Below, in pieces: positions 14,402-27,908 of a stretch of 64,000 nucleotides of DNA (its first letter is position 1; every line of letters begins with the position of its first letter). Below the pieces are notes generated by a model. That model worked only from the letters and a program-made list of their open reading frames with translations, searched no databases and had not been told where the DNA came from. Source of the DNA: Phyllosticta citribraziliensis (taxonomy: Eukaryota); assembly GCF_038025025.1 (NCBI RefSeq), contig NW_027117351.1, positions 1-64,000 on the forward strand. The letters run 5' to 3'. The position numbers and the translations under genes were made by a program.

Positions 14402-17016
14402 ACTAGAGGGTTCTTCTTTAAAGGCTATAGATTTTATAAAAATAAAAGATTTAATATATTTATTTAATTTAAGATCTAAGATAATCTTTTTATATAGTTT
14501 AAGATCTAGCTTAAGATATTATAAAAGTAAATACTTAGACTAATAAGTTAAGTTATTAGCTTAGACTTATTCTAATATTTTAGTAATTTCTTTAGCTCTA
14601 TTTATATTTTTAACTAGTTAATTCTAGGACTAGTTATCTCTTTTACTTTATATAAAATTATATTTCTTAAGAATCTATACTATATCTTTATCTAGATACC
14701 CCTTAAAGAATAATTTAATCTATTAGGTTTCTATTATAAATCCCTTTTTTTTAACTAGTTTAGAGTCTATTTTATATACTTACTAGTACTAATAAAAGTA
14801 CTTCTAGTTATTTTAAAGATTCTTTTTTTCCTTTATAAAGTAGTAAAGCTACTTTAAATATCCTTTATCTTTCTTTAGGTCTTCTTTAAAGTAGTTAGTA
14901 AGAAACTATTTTTTTAAAGGCTTTTTAATCCCCTTCTTTCCCTATCTTTTTAGTTTTAACTACTTAGTAGTTATCCCTTTCTTTAAAATACTAAACTAAT
15001 TCTATATATTTAGCCTAGTTATTATATCTATAAGAGTTAAGAAGATATTTAAAGTTATATATCTACTTTATAGCTTATTTCTTAATAAAAAGTAGATAGA
15101 TAGTAGTTCTATACTTTAAGAGTAGTTATTTAATTATAATAGCTTATTATAGTAGAGATATTTCTCTACTAGAGGTTAGAATTTAATAGATATTAATATA
15201 GCTAAGAAGTACCTAGAATTAGTTAGAGGTAAAGATATAGCTAATAACTAGAAAGAATTTTATAGTTCTAGTATTATATTATAAAGTCTTAGTTCTTTCT
15301 ATTTAATCTCTTAATAATAAGTTAAGTTATATCCTATTATTATTAAAAAGTAGTAATAATATTCTTTAGAAAGAGGGTAGAAGATAAGTTTAAAGTTAGT
15401 TTTAAGATTTTAAAAGGTCTATTTAAGAGTAATCTTTTTAAAAAATAACTTAACTTATTTAATTAAAGTACTTTTAGTAATCTTCTTAAGTTCTTATAAG
15501 TTATAGTTAAATTTAAGTATTAGTAAAAGATCTTAGGTTTTTTAAGGTTAAATAATAAGGGTTTAAATAGGTAGAATTTAAATAAGATAATATAAAGATA
15601 TTACTTAAAACTAGTTCTAAATAAATAAGAAATATTTTTAGTAATTTTATCTAAGATTTAAAGAACTTAATAGAATATAATAATCTAACTAAAGATATAA
15701 TATAGTAGGTACTCTAGCTAGAAATAATAATAAGATCTTAAAAACTAGAAGTAAGATTACTTTAAATTTTAAAAGCTTCTTACTTTACTATAAATTTTCT
15801 TTAATAAAAGATAAAAGAACTAAAAGATAAGAATAGTTAATTAAAGTAGATTAAACTAAAGTTATCTTATAGATATTATTTAATTAATCTTTTTATATCT
15901 TATATCTTACTTACTATTTAATACTTTTCTTTTAACTATTACTTACTTTTACCTCTTATATATTTCCCTCTATTATATATAGCTACTATAACCTTATATA
16001 CTTTACTTATTTTTTTTATATATAGTTATTTCTTTTTCCTCCTTTAGTACTTCTTCTTTTTATATAACTACTTTAAATTATAACCTTCTTAGTTAAAGTC
16101 TATTTTAAACTACTAGTAGTTTCTTTATAACTACTCTAGATTAAGTCTATTTTAGATATTTTTCTATTTATATTAATTACTAATATAGTAAATCTCTTTT
16201 CTCCTTTTTAAAGAAAGGGTTAAGCTTAGTTATAAAGATCTTATTATATACTTAGTTTTTATTAAGAGGGTCTTAATATTTAAAGTTATTCTTAATCTTT
16301 ATTATACTTCTATTTTTATAGTAAAGATTACTATTTATAGTATTTTTAAAAAAGGATATTATTAAGGTTATAAGTAAGGCTAAAATTCCTTAATATTTTT
16401 AGTATAGTTTTCTAGTCTAGATTTACCTCTTTAGATATACTAAGTAGAGTACCTAGTATACTATCCCCTAGTATAGTTACTAATTTTATTAGTCTAAAAA
16501 GGGATCTTAAAAAAAATAACTCTACTAGTAAAGACTTCTTAATAAAAACTATCTCTTAAAAAGTAGTCTAGTTTAGTAGGAGAAGATTAATTATATAACT
16601 AATTATATAACTTTATAAAAATATCTAGTTTTTTTAAAGTACTCTATTTAGTAACTCTAACTTTATAGCTCTATTTTTTATTTAATAATAACCTTCTATA
16701 AATAGCTCTTTTAATCTTTCTATTATTTATATTTCTTAATAGGAACTAAGATTTATTTTTTCTAAAATAGTATAGAGTTTTTAGATATAGTTTCTAAGTT
16801 TAAATAAGTAGAAAAAGGTCTTAAATAAAGGAGAGAAAATCTATACCTTAAATAGAAACTTTTTATATAAAAAGAGTATATTTATTTTTTACTCCTCTTT
16901 TTAAACTAAGTCTATAAGGCCTAACTATATACTTCTTCCTTAATCTCTATATATTATATAATATTAGTAAGCCTAAAGTAGTTTTTAAGCTAAGTCTATT
17001 TTACTATCTTATACTA
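14402..17016. mobile_element. Unclassified ~2.6 kb RIP-mutated repeat, copy 2 (same orientation as copy 1)
   Basis: End-to-end similarity to 7881-10496. Confidence 0.85.
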
Positions 17017-18665
17017 TAATCCTTCTTACTTTTTTAAATAGTACTTTTATAAGGTCTACCCTTTAGATCTACTTATAGTCTAGTAAGGTATAAAGATACT
17101 TAAAAGCTAGGTCTAGAACTTTTTTTTAAATATAGGAGTACTCTATCTATATAGAATATAGAAGATTAAGATTAGAAAGATAAATAAAAGGCCTAATTAG
17201 TAGTAAAAAGTAGACCTAATCTAAATTCTTAAGGTCTATTTTAGCCTTTATAATCTAGGCTACTACTATTTAAGAAATAGTTAGTAAAAATAATTCTAAA
17301 AAAGATATATAAAAGAAAATAGTAGAAAACTAGAAATTTACTAAGAAAAAAGGTCTAAATTTAATTTTTTTAAATATTTCCTAAAAGTATATACTAGAAA
17401 GTACTTAGAAATTAAAAAAAGTAACTTAATTAGCTTATAGCTAATTCTTTAGCTATAAAGTAGGGGTATAGGACTATAAGCTAGTAGAGATATATAGTCT
17501 TATAGAAAAATATTATTCTAGCTCTAGTATAGCTAGATAGTAGCTTCTATTATAGCTAAGACTAAGTATATAGCTTAAATACTATACCTATCTAAGTAAG
17601 CTATACTAAATAAGCTAAGAGGAATATTAAATTAATCTCTTAAAGATAAATAATTTAATAACTTAATAACTCTAGAATCTATAATAAAAAGAACTTTAAA
17701 ACTAGGTTATTCTAGACCTAGATTAATAGGAAGTTTAAAAGAAATTACTAAAAATAGATTATTCTTTATAGAATAAAAGAATTCTTTTATAAATACTAAT
17801 ATACTAGCCTATATTAAGTCTTATTAGGAATAATAGATTCTAAAAATAATATAGAATAATTATCTCCTTCTAAAAAGACCTATTCTATATAAAATAATTC
17901 TTAAATAGATAAAGAGGCTACTAAAATAAAAATAAAAAAAAAGACCTACCTATTAAAATCTCTACTAAGTATATCTCTTAGATATACCTTCTATAACTTT
18001 ATATACTAGGTTATTAGACTTAGTATAATATTATATATAAGTTAGGGATTATAAGAGGTATATCTAGAGGTTAAAATAAAGTACTTCTTTATAATTATCT
18101 TAGTTTAGACCTCTAGGTTAAAGAGTAACTATAGTTAGATTATTTTATAGACTTTTTTATTATAGACTATTTTATACTACCTATAACTCCTATTCTATAA
18201 GAAATTATAGTTAAGGAAATAAAAAAGCTTAAGATATAGGTCTAGTTAGTTATATCTTTAAAGAAATTAAATAAGGAAATATCTAAAAATTTCTTTAAAA
18301 AGAAATATAAAGTAGAATTATTTAAGAATTAGATATTAATCTATAAAGTATTATAAAGCTTAAGTTTAATATCTCTCTTCTTATACTTAAGGGAAAAGAT
18401 TTAAAAAAAAAGAGAGTCTCTTTTAATTAATAAAGTAGTATTTTAGCCCTTATATCTACTAGCTTATAAGCTATAAGTAGGGTATACTTAAGAAACTCCT
18501 CTCTATATTTAGCTATAACTTTAAAAGCTAGATTTTAAATTTTAGTATCTTTTTTTAATATAATAACCCTTATAGACTAGATAGAGTCTAATTATTTATT
18601 AATAATATTCTAGAGCCTTAAAGTAATTAAGATAGAGTTAAAAACTTTATTCTTAATATTAAAAG

Positions 18666-18871
18666 TATTATAATAGGTATTTATATACTTATATAAGTAC
18701 TAAGGCTAGTATAGATAAACCTAGTATTATATAATTATAAGATATTATATACTATAGCTTTAAATAAATACTAGCTATATCCTAGATAGTAGCTAGCTAT
18801 AGCTTAAACTAAAACTTAGACTAATACTAGCTACTATAGCTCTAAATAGATATAGTATAATAGCCTATTAA
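18666..18871 (+). repeat. Left part of a split host LTR (family B, opposite orientation)
   Basis: Reverse-complement similarity to ~19090-19294. Continues at 27110-27333 after the inserted element. Confidence 0.8.
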
Positions 18872-21800
18872 TATTATAACTCGCAGATTTCTTATTATAT
18901 AGGTAAGGGCTAAAGGTAAACTACTAGAGAATATATATATATCTTAATTAAATATAATAAGTTAAAAGAATAAAATATAAAAGATACTTATTATTTATAT
19001 ATTTCCTAGTCCTTCCTTTATACTATTCTACCTCTTATCCTTTATATAAGGGTCCTTAGTTATTATTAGGTAAGTTATAAAGGTAAGGTATTAATAGGCT
19101 ATTATATAGTATCTATCTAGGGCTATAGTAGCTAGTACTAGGCTATAGTAGCTAGTACTAGCCTATAGGTTTTAGCCTAAGCTATAGTAGGCTACTACTT
19201 AAGGTGAGGCTTATACTTCTTATAACTATATAATACTAGGTTTATCTATACTAGCCCTAGTACTTATATAGGTATATATACGCCTATTATAATATACCCC
19301 CCCTAAAGAGAAGCTAAAATTATAGGAATTAGTAGCTATAGGCGCTTATATAGGTATAGACTTATAATATATAATAGTAGTAATTTAGTAATTTAAGTAT
19401 TCTATATAGTTATAAAGTATAATTATTAGTCTAGGTCTACTACTATACTATCTCTTTCTATTACTATTTCTTTTACTATATAACCTATAGAAGGTTACTA
19501 TCTTACTTAGCTATATCTAAAGCTCCTTATTAAAGTATATTATTATCCTATTCTAATTTAGCTATAATCTAGTAAACTAACTATTATATATAAAGGTTTA
19601 GATAATTTATACTCTACTAATAGTAAAGTAGACATTCCTAGCTACTATATACTTAATATATCTACTACTTATTATAGTCTAGTCTATTAGGACTTTTTAC
19701 TATTATATAAGAGTTATAGTATTAAGTTATTATTATATAGTATTATTTATAATCTATTATAGTTACCGCTTACTTAGAGAGCTATTTTAGCTAGTAGTAT
19801 CTATAAGGACTATTATATAGAGTCCTAAGATAAGTAAACTTTAATTCTATTTCTTTAGACTATTACTAATTATTATCTAGGCTATTAAGTAGTATTATAT
19901 ATCTAGGTTTTACTACTTTATTATCCCATCTTACTAACTAATATAATTATAGAGGAGGATACTTATATAAATACTTAATTAGGCTAGGCTTTACTTATTT
20001 AGCTAGGAATAGCTATAGGCTTATTACTTTACCTATAGTATACTATAGTATTAGGTTCTACTTAATTAGTATTATTAGTTATTATATAAGGTTTATTATC
20101 TATAGCTATATAGCCTGCTACTAACTAGCCTATTATACTATATTACTACTAGTTTACTATTATACAGCCTATTTTAGAGGAAGAAGGTAAAGAGCCTACT
20201 TATATATACTATTATTATAATCCTATAGCTTATTAGGTTCTAGTAGCTAAGTACTTACTACCTACTACTTTATATAATAGTAGTAATAGTAAGATTTATA
20301 TTATAGTATTACTAGTTACCTCTAATAAGGCGCCTATTAAGTAGGACTTTAAGTTAATACTTTATATCTCTTATAAGAATATAGAGAGTGTTATATAAGT
20401 AAGTTTATCTTACTAATATAAGGAATTCTTATCTAACTAACTATATAGGTATGCCTTAGTAGTTCTAAAGTATAAGAGTATACTAAATATATCTTAGTCT
20501 TAGGTAATAGTATACCTTACTTATATATTATAGTTTCTACTTAGTAATTTAACTACTTATTAGTTAAAACCTAAGCTAGCTTATATAATACTTTTCTTAT
20601 CTAGTATACTAGAATTAATAACCCTATTAGCTATACTAAGTATTATAATAATACTAATACTTATATATTTATTAGTTATTACTACCTACCTAGTTTCTTA
20701 TAGGGCCGCTATACTAACTACCTTTAAGGTATAGGTAATCTTAACTATACTATTAGTAACTTAAAGAGTACTAAGCCGCCTACTTATTATAAAAGGTATA
20801 AAGATAAAATTTATATAGAGGAGTTCTAGAACTTATACTACTAAGCTAGATTAGAGGATTAAACTAATTAGGCCTTAATTAAGTAAGATATCCTACCTAA
20901 TAAGCTAGAGGATCTAGAGGAGATAGTCTTATATAATAATAGTTATAATAAGAAGAAGGGAAAAGGAAAGAAGTAAAGAATAAAAATTAAAAAAGAGGAT
21001 AGTAGAAAATAAGTAGTAAAAAAGAGAGACTAAAGAGTAGGAGTTAAGGTTAATAGTATTTATATAAGAGTAGATAGTAAACTAATTAGTCTACTTTCTA
21101 TATCTTTATAATATTTACTTTAGGCCTAAGTAACTTATTTTATTATTACTCTTTTTTTTAATTTATAGTTCTTCTTAGAGGAAGGTAGTCTTCTACTTTT
21201 CTAGATTTTTTAGTAGTCCTACTATAGTAGGGTATAATAAGTAGAATTCTTTAATTTTCTATAGTATACTACTAAAAGAACTTATATTATACTACTAGTT
21301 ATCTTAGTTATATCTAGTCTATTTAACTTAGTATTAAAGCTTCTTATATAAGACTTAACTAGCTTAAATATAGTCTACTTCCTACTTAGGCTTATCTTAA
21401 ATAATCTTAGGTTCTAGTTTAGTATATTTCTAACTAGGAAGCTATTCTATTTTAGCCTTATATAGCCTATTAGTATAGAAAAGGTTAACTATCTTTATAT
21501 ATAAGGGTAGATTAAGGATATAGGAGGATCCTTCTATTTCTATAATCTTAAAGGGTCTAGTATTAGGGAAGTCTAATTTAAGATTTAGCTAATTAGTAGA
21601 CCATCCTATTTTCTTAATATAGATATAATCTCTAACTATAAAGTCTAGCGCGTAATAGTATTTATTAGCTTATTAGTATATATACTTTTAGGATTTAAGA
21701 ATAAGATTCTTTATAAATTTAAAAGCTTCTTATCTTTTCTTTTATAGTATTTATACTACTATATAAGCTATCTTCTCTAGTTACTAGGGGGTCTTAGTTC

Positions 21801-24800
21801 TTTATTACTAGTTATAGTATATTTAAGGGGAATATCCTAACTTAATCTTAAAAGATAAAAGTCTAGTAGCTTTATAGAGAAGTATTACTTATATAAGGTC
21901 TATTAATAGTAGAAGATTAGACTAATTATTCTAAAAGTAATTAATAAAAGGTCTTAATCTTTATATAAGATGCTAATTAATAATCTCTATAATACTATTA
22001 GTTTAAGAGTAGTAGGATAAGTTAAAATACTACTCTATACTAGTTAGCTTATATAGTTTATTTATAAATACTGAGATAAACTAAGGGCCTTAGTTAGATA
22101 GGATAGACTTAGGGTTTCTATAAATATAGTAGATATATTTATAAAAAAGCCTAGAGACTCCTTTAGTATTAATCTTCTTTATATAAGGTAAGCTAAAGGT
22201 TCTTTAACTTAATTAGTTTATAATAACTAGGATTATATTATAGCCTTTTTAGTCCTTAGGTATCTCTTTAAAATCTATAGCTAAGTATTACTAGGGTTAA
22301 GTAGGAATCTCTAGAGGTTATAGAAGGCCTAGGTCTTTATTATAAAACTCCTTTATTTAGTAGTAAATATAGTATCCTTACCTATAAATATTAATTATAT
22401 AATTTATAGCTAGCTAATAGTAATATTACTTAAGGAGTTTTTATATCTTTATAATACTAGAATAGGTAGTTATATAGGTAGTATATAAAGTATTAAGTAT
22501 TCTTATATAGAGGTTATTATAATCTAGTATAAAGAGGGTACTATATTATAGTAAAAGACTATCCTTTAGTTCCTAACTATTTCTTTATTTAAGGTCTTTT
22601 AAGAGGGCTTTCTATTTTTAGAGTTCTAATTTAAAATCTTCTTAGTTTATATAGAGAAGTTTATCTAAAAATAATACTAGAGAAGGAAGTTCTTATTCTA
22701 AAATAAAAAGAGGAATAATAGTCTCTAGTAGGATAAGGTATATCTCTTATATAGCCTTTACTTTTTCTTTTTAAGTCTTTAAGTCTTCTTATTTTTAAGT
22801 AAGGTAATTAGTAATAATATTTTCCTTTCCTAGTTAATAAGAGAATTATATATAGAACTCTATAAAAAACTTAGACTATCTAGCTTATTATTAATTAAGT
22901 TATTATTTAGTAGAGTAGTACTCTAATACCTAATAGTCTATAATTATAAGAAAAGGTTTTTTAAGGCTAATAAGTATTAGTCTCTATTCTTCTAGTCTAT
23001 TCTTAATAGCTAGTAGTTCTTTATCTAAAATTCTATAATAAAGTTCTATATCTACTATTACCTTAGAGTAGAATACTACTAGTTTCTAATTATATAAAGG
23101 TTATTAGAGCTATATTAAAATACTAGTAGTAACTCTATTACTTATATTAGTCTCTATATAAGTATTAAGAGTAGGATTATAGTTAGCTAGAAGTATATTA
23201 CTATATATTAGCTTTTTAAGTTACTAGATTACCTCTTCTTCTAGAGGTCCTAGTTATTACTATTTTACCTTAGAGTATAGTTTTTCTAATAGCTAGCTAA
23301 TTTATCTATAGTTAGGGAGAAATTATTAGTAGAAATTATAGAAACCTAAGAAGGATTAAAGAGCTTTAAGGGTTTTTAGTATTAGCTAGTTTTATATAGG
23401 TTCTATCTTATCTAGGTCTATTTAAATACCTTCTATAGAAATAATATATCTAAGAAACTTTATATAAGTAACTAAAAACTTACTCTTTTTTAAATCTATC
23501 TATAGTCCTACTTTTTATAGTCTTATTAGTACTTTTTTTACTTATTCCTTATACTTTATAGGGTCTTTAGAGATAATAAGTATATTATTTATAAAAGCTA
23601 TAATAAAATTATCTAAATACTTAAAGAGAACCTAGTTAATAAAATATTAAAAGGCTATAGGTCTATTACTTAATCTAAATAGTAAGATATAGTATTTAAA
23701 TAAGCTATATCTTATATAGAAGGTAGTTTTATCTTTAGAATCCTTAGTAAGATAAATATAGTAGAAAGCTTATTAAATATTAAGCTTAGTATAAATCTTA
23801 CCCTTTCTAATATACTAAAGTAACTCTATAATAAGAGGAAGGGGGTATAAATCCTTAGTAGTTTATTTATTAAGCTATTAGTAGTCTATATAGAATCTCT
23901 ATCCCCTACTAGGCTTTTTTACTACTAGAATAGGAGAAGTATAAGTAGTAAAGCTTTTAATAATAAAGCCTTTCTAAATATTCTTAATAATATACTCTTT
24001 TATAGCCTTAAGCTACTCTAGAGATATTCTATAGAAAGGACTTAATAAAAGCTCTAGTAGACTATTATATATAAGAGATATTTTATAATTAACTCCTATA
24101 TAATATAGTAGTAGCTTATTAGACTCTATTTTAGAAAATATATCTTAGAAATCCTTATAAGTAGCTAGTAGCTTAGAAGCTAGTAATTCCTTAGTTTCCT
24201 TATCTTTAAGAGCTACTTAAACTTATATAAGGTTAATAGTATAGATCTCTATTAGTATAACTTATATTTTATAAATAGAAAGCTTAAATATATCTTAAGT
24301 TTAGAATTTAATTCCCTTAATAACCTATACTAAGGGAAGAAGATATTTATTAAATTTTTTATCTTTATAGTCTATATCTACTTAATATTCTTTCTATAGT
24401 TCTTTACTTTATATAGAGAATTTTAGTAGGTATAAAAGATACTAAAAGGATTAGTTAACTAGTAGCTATCTCTAGACTAGTTTATATTATTTATAGTCTA
24501 GAAGAATATTATACTAGTTAAAAAACTATTACCTAAGAATTATATTATTATAACTAATATTATAAATAAAAGTATAAGTAGAAACTATTTAATCCTAGAA
24601 ATAGAGTTAAAGATAAAAGTAAAAATTAACTTTCTTATTTATATATTAGTTAAACCTAGTAATATTAAGCCCTTTATCTATTATTCTCTTTTTTATAGTA
24701 CCTATAGACTAGAGAGTTAGTAGTAGCTTAAGGTAAATAAAACTTATACTACTAGTACTAGTATTAGCTAGAGTATAAATTTCTAAGGCGCGGCTATTAG

Positions 24801-27109
24801 ATATAATTAAGGTTTATATAGTAAAAGGTATACCTCTAATAAAGTAACTAAGATTTATATAAGAACCCTTAATATATATTACTCTAAGTTTAGACTTAAA
24901 GTAGGAGACTTTACCTAGGTCTTATTATTTTTTAATAAAGACTAATCTCCTTTATTTATATAGATATCTTTAGTACTTTCTTCTTCTACTAACTCTATTA
25001 CCTTTATTTCTAGTTATAGGTATTATCTCTATAAATAGCTAAACTAGCTATAGTAATTATATAGTCTAATCTCTATATAGACTTCTACTTTCCCTTTATA
25101 AGTTATATTATATAAGGGAGCCCTAGATATAGATTATATCTATATATAACTAGAAGATAAAGTACTTATACTACTTAAAGCTATTATTTTTACTCTTTCT
25201 TATTATCTCTTCTTTACTTATTCCTTATATAATATAAGTATTAGTTTTCTATAGTTAGAATAGTAGTTACTAAGACTTTAAGTAATAGAGTAGGCTTATT
25301 AGAGGTACTTATAAAAGTTAATATCCTTATCTTATTCTATAGTAACTATATAGGTTTAAAGGAGAGGATTTATTATATTATAAAAGTCCTCTTTTTACTA
25401 TTCTTAAGGAAGATCTATATCTAAGGCTAATTATATAAAGTTTAATTAAAACTTCTAAAGGTCTATAGGAATATAGTATATAAGAGAGTATAACTACTTC
25501 TTTATATCCTTATATTTATATAGACTCTAAAGGAGGTTATCTAGGAATTTAAAGATATCCTTATTTAGAGTAACTTTATTAGCCTTTATATAAGAAGTAA
25601 GAAAAGGAGTTAGATAATATAAGACTTCTCTAGTAATATAAGAAATAATATAATCTATAATATTCTATTTAGTCTCCTCTACTATATCTTTAGTAAAGTA
25701 ATTATAGTTTTATTTAATTTTATTTTATATAAGGAGAGTCTAGTATTTATATAAGGGGTCTTCTCTATTAGTAAGAAGAGAAGGATTAGGAACCTTACTA
25801 CTTTAGTATTTCTTACTACTTAAAGATAAAATAGAGGTTTTAGTAGTAGTTTTCCTTATATAGGTAGAAGGAGGTCTAAGAGTCCTTATTACTCTACTAG
25901 TAGAAGAATCTTAAGAGAGGGTAATAGGTCTTAGATACTAAAATAATAAAGAGGGCCTAATATATCCTTCTTTTAAAACTTCTTTAAGTCTATTAGTATA
26001 GTTTAAGAGTATTTACTTAAGAGCCTAGTTCTACCTTTATATATAGTTTAGTTACTACTATACTTAAGGCTTATTTAAGAATATAATCTTAGATTTAAAT
26101 TAATTAATATCTAAGTATAGTACCTTTATAAATACCTCTATAACTAGAGCTTAAACTATATAAGTTAACTCTAGGTCTTAGGTATATTCTTTTACCTCTA
26201 CTATTAGGACTAAGTAGAAATTATATAGGAGAATAGGGGTAGGTCCTCTCTTATTATTATTTAATAAGTATCTAGTATTATATAAATCTTTAGTCCCTTT
26301 ATATAAATCTTATTAAGTTAATTAACTAGTACTAATACCTTTAGTAGTACTAGATATATTAGCTTTATTTTTAGCTATATTATCTTTATAGTCTTCTACT
26401 TAGAATTACCCTTAAGTAGGTTATAAATAGGATACCTTCTAGATATTTATATACTACTCTATAGCCTTAACTAAAGACTTTTATAGTTAATATATACTTA
26501 ATACTTCTTAGTCCTTAGATAATACTAATATACCTAATAAAGATAACTTAGGTTTACTAGAGAAAAGTAATAAGTAGTCTTATATAAGACTATAGCTATA
26601 TATAATATTATTTAGGTTAAATATTATAATACCTTTATAGATAAAGAAGTAGAATAGAGCTAAAACTTAAAATAATCTTTTATATCTATTATAACTTATA
26701 GATTTCTTATTATATAGATAAGGGCTAAAGATAAACTACTAAAGGATATATATATATCTTAATTAAATATAATAAGTTAAAAGAATAAAATATAAAAGAT
26801 ACTTACTACTTATATATTTCCTAGTCCTTCTTTTATACTATTCTACCTCTTATCCTTTATATAAGGGTCCTTAGTTATTATTAGATAAGTTATAAAGGTA
26901 AGATATTAATAGGCTATTATATAGTATCTACCTAGGGCTATAGTAGCTAGTACTAGGCTATAGTAGCTAGTACTAGCCTATAGATTTTAGCCTAAGCTAT
27001 AGTAGGCTACTACTTAAGGTAAGGCTTATACTTCCTATAATTATATAATACTAGGTTTATCTATACTAGCCCTAGTACTTATATAGGTATATATATACCT
27101 ATTATAATA
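18872..27109 (-). mobile_element. Full-length RIP-mutated chromoviral Gypsy retrotransposon, ~8.2 kb
   Basis: Direct 423-bp LTRs at 18872-19294 and 26687-27109, with 5-bp TSD ATTAA at 18867-18871 and 27110-27114. PPT (plus-strand taccccccct) abuts 19295. De-RIPed RT VAFVDDVLI (~23575-23620), integrase NQ.L.QRLRPF.N..QDDWS.LLP (~21900-22000), GPF motif (~21550) and chromodomain WEVD..YQVKW.GY (~21300-21400). Confidence 0.9.
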
Positions 27110-27333
27110 ATTAATACCTTACTTTTATAACCTATTAAATAATAACTAAGGACCCTTATATAAAGGATAAGAAGTAAAATAGTATAAAGAAAAGACTAGA
27201 AAATAAATAAATAGTAAGTATTTTTTATATTTTATTTTTTTAACTTATTATATTTAATTAAGATATATATATATTCTTTAGTAGTTTATCTTTAGCCCTT
27301 ACTTATATAATAAGAACTCTATAAGTTATAATA
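27110..27333 (+). repeat. Right part of the split host LTR (family B)
   Basis: Reverse complement of ~26687-26910. Joins 18666-18871 at the ATTAA duplication. Confidence 0.8.
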
Positions 27334-27433
27334 GCTAGATAGCCTTATATAATACTACTAGTAACTTTAAAAGGATATACTAGAATAGAAGAACTAAAAA
27401 ACTAGAAATAGCCCTTTTTAAAAAAAGAAATAA

Positions 27434-27644
27434 TATAATACTAGCCCTTATTCTTATTAAAAAAAATCTATATAAGGGCTATAAAGTATCTACTTAGACC
27501 CTAATAGAGCTATAAGACTAAGTAAGAAATATATAAAACCTCTAGCTAGAAGAAACTCTTAGAAACTAAAATTTTATTTACTATTTAAGATACTAAATAT
27601 ATTATTTCTACTTAATTTAACTCTTTATAGTACTAAATCTTATA
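27434..27644 (+). repeat. Family A LTR preceded by its PPT region
   Basis: Matches 13888-14099. The upstream ~55 bp matches ~13835-13887. Confidence 0.85.
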
Positions 27645-27696
27645 TAGGAGCTATTTTTTATTAATTTAACTAGCTATAGTAGTTAAAGGTTTTAAA

Positions 27697-27908
27697 TATA
27701 AAATTTAATACTATAAAGAGTTAAATTAAGTAGGAATAATATATTTAGTATTTTAAATAATAAATAAAATCTTAGTTTTTAAAAGTTTCTTTTAGCTAGA
27801 GATTTTATATATTTCTTACTTAGTCTTATAGCTCTTTTAAGATCTAAGTAGGTACTATATAGCCCCTATATAGATTTCTTTTTAGTAAGAGTAAGGACTA
27901 GTATTATA
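27697..27908 (-). repeat. Family A LTR, inverted copy
   Basis: Reverse complement of 27434-27644 and 13888-14099. Confidence 0.85.

Noticed and set aside
17017..18665. Further RIP-mutated TE-like sequence (also ~6900-7880 and 14100-14400)
   Set aside because: No motif or terminal structure could be read, so it is left unclassified within the block.
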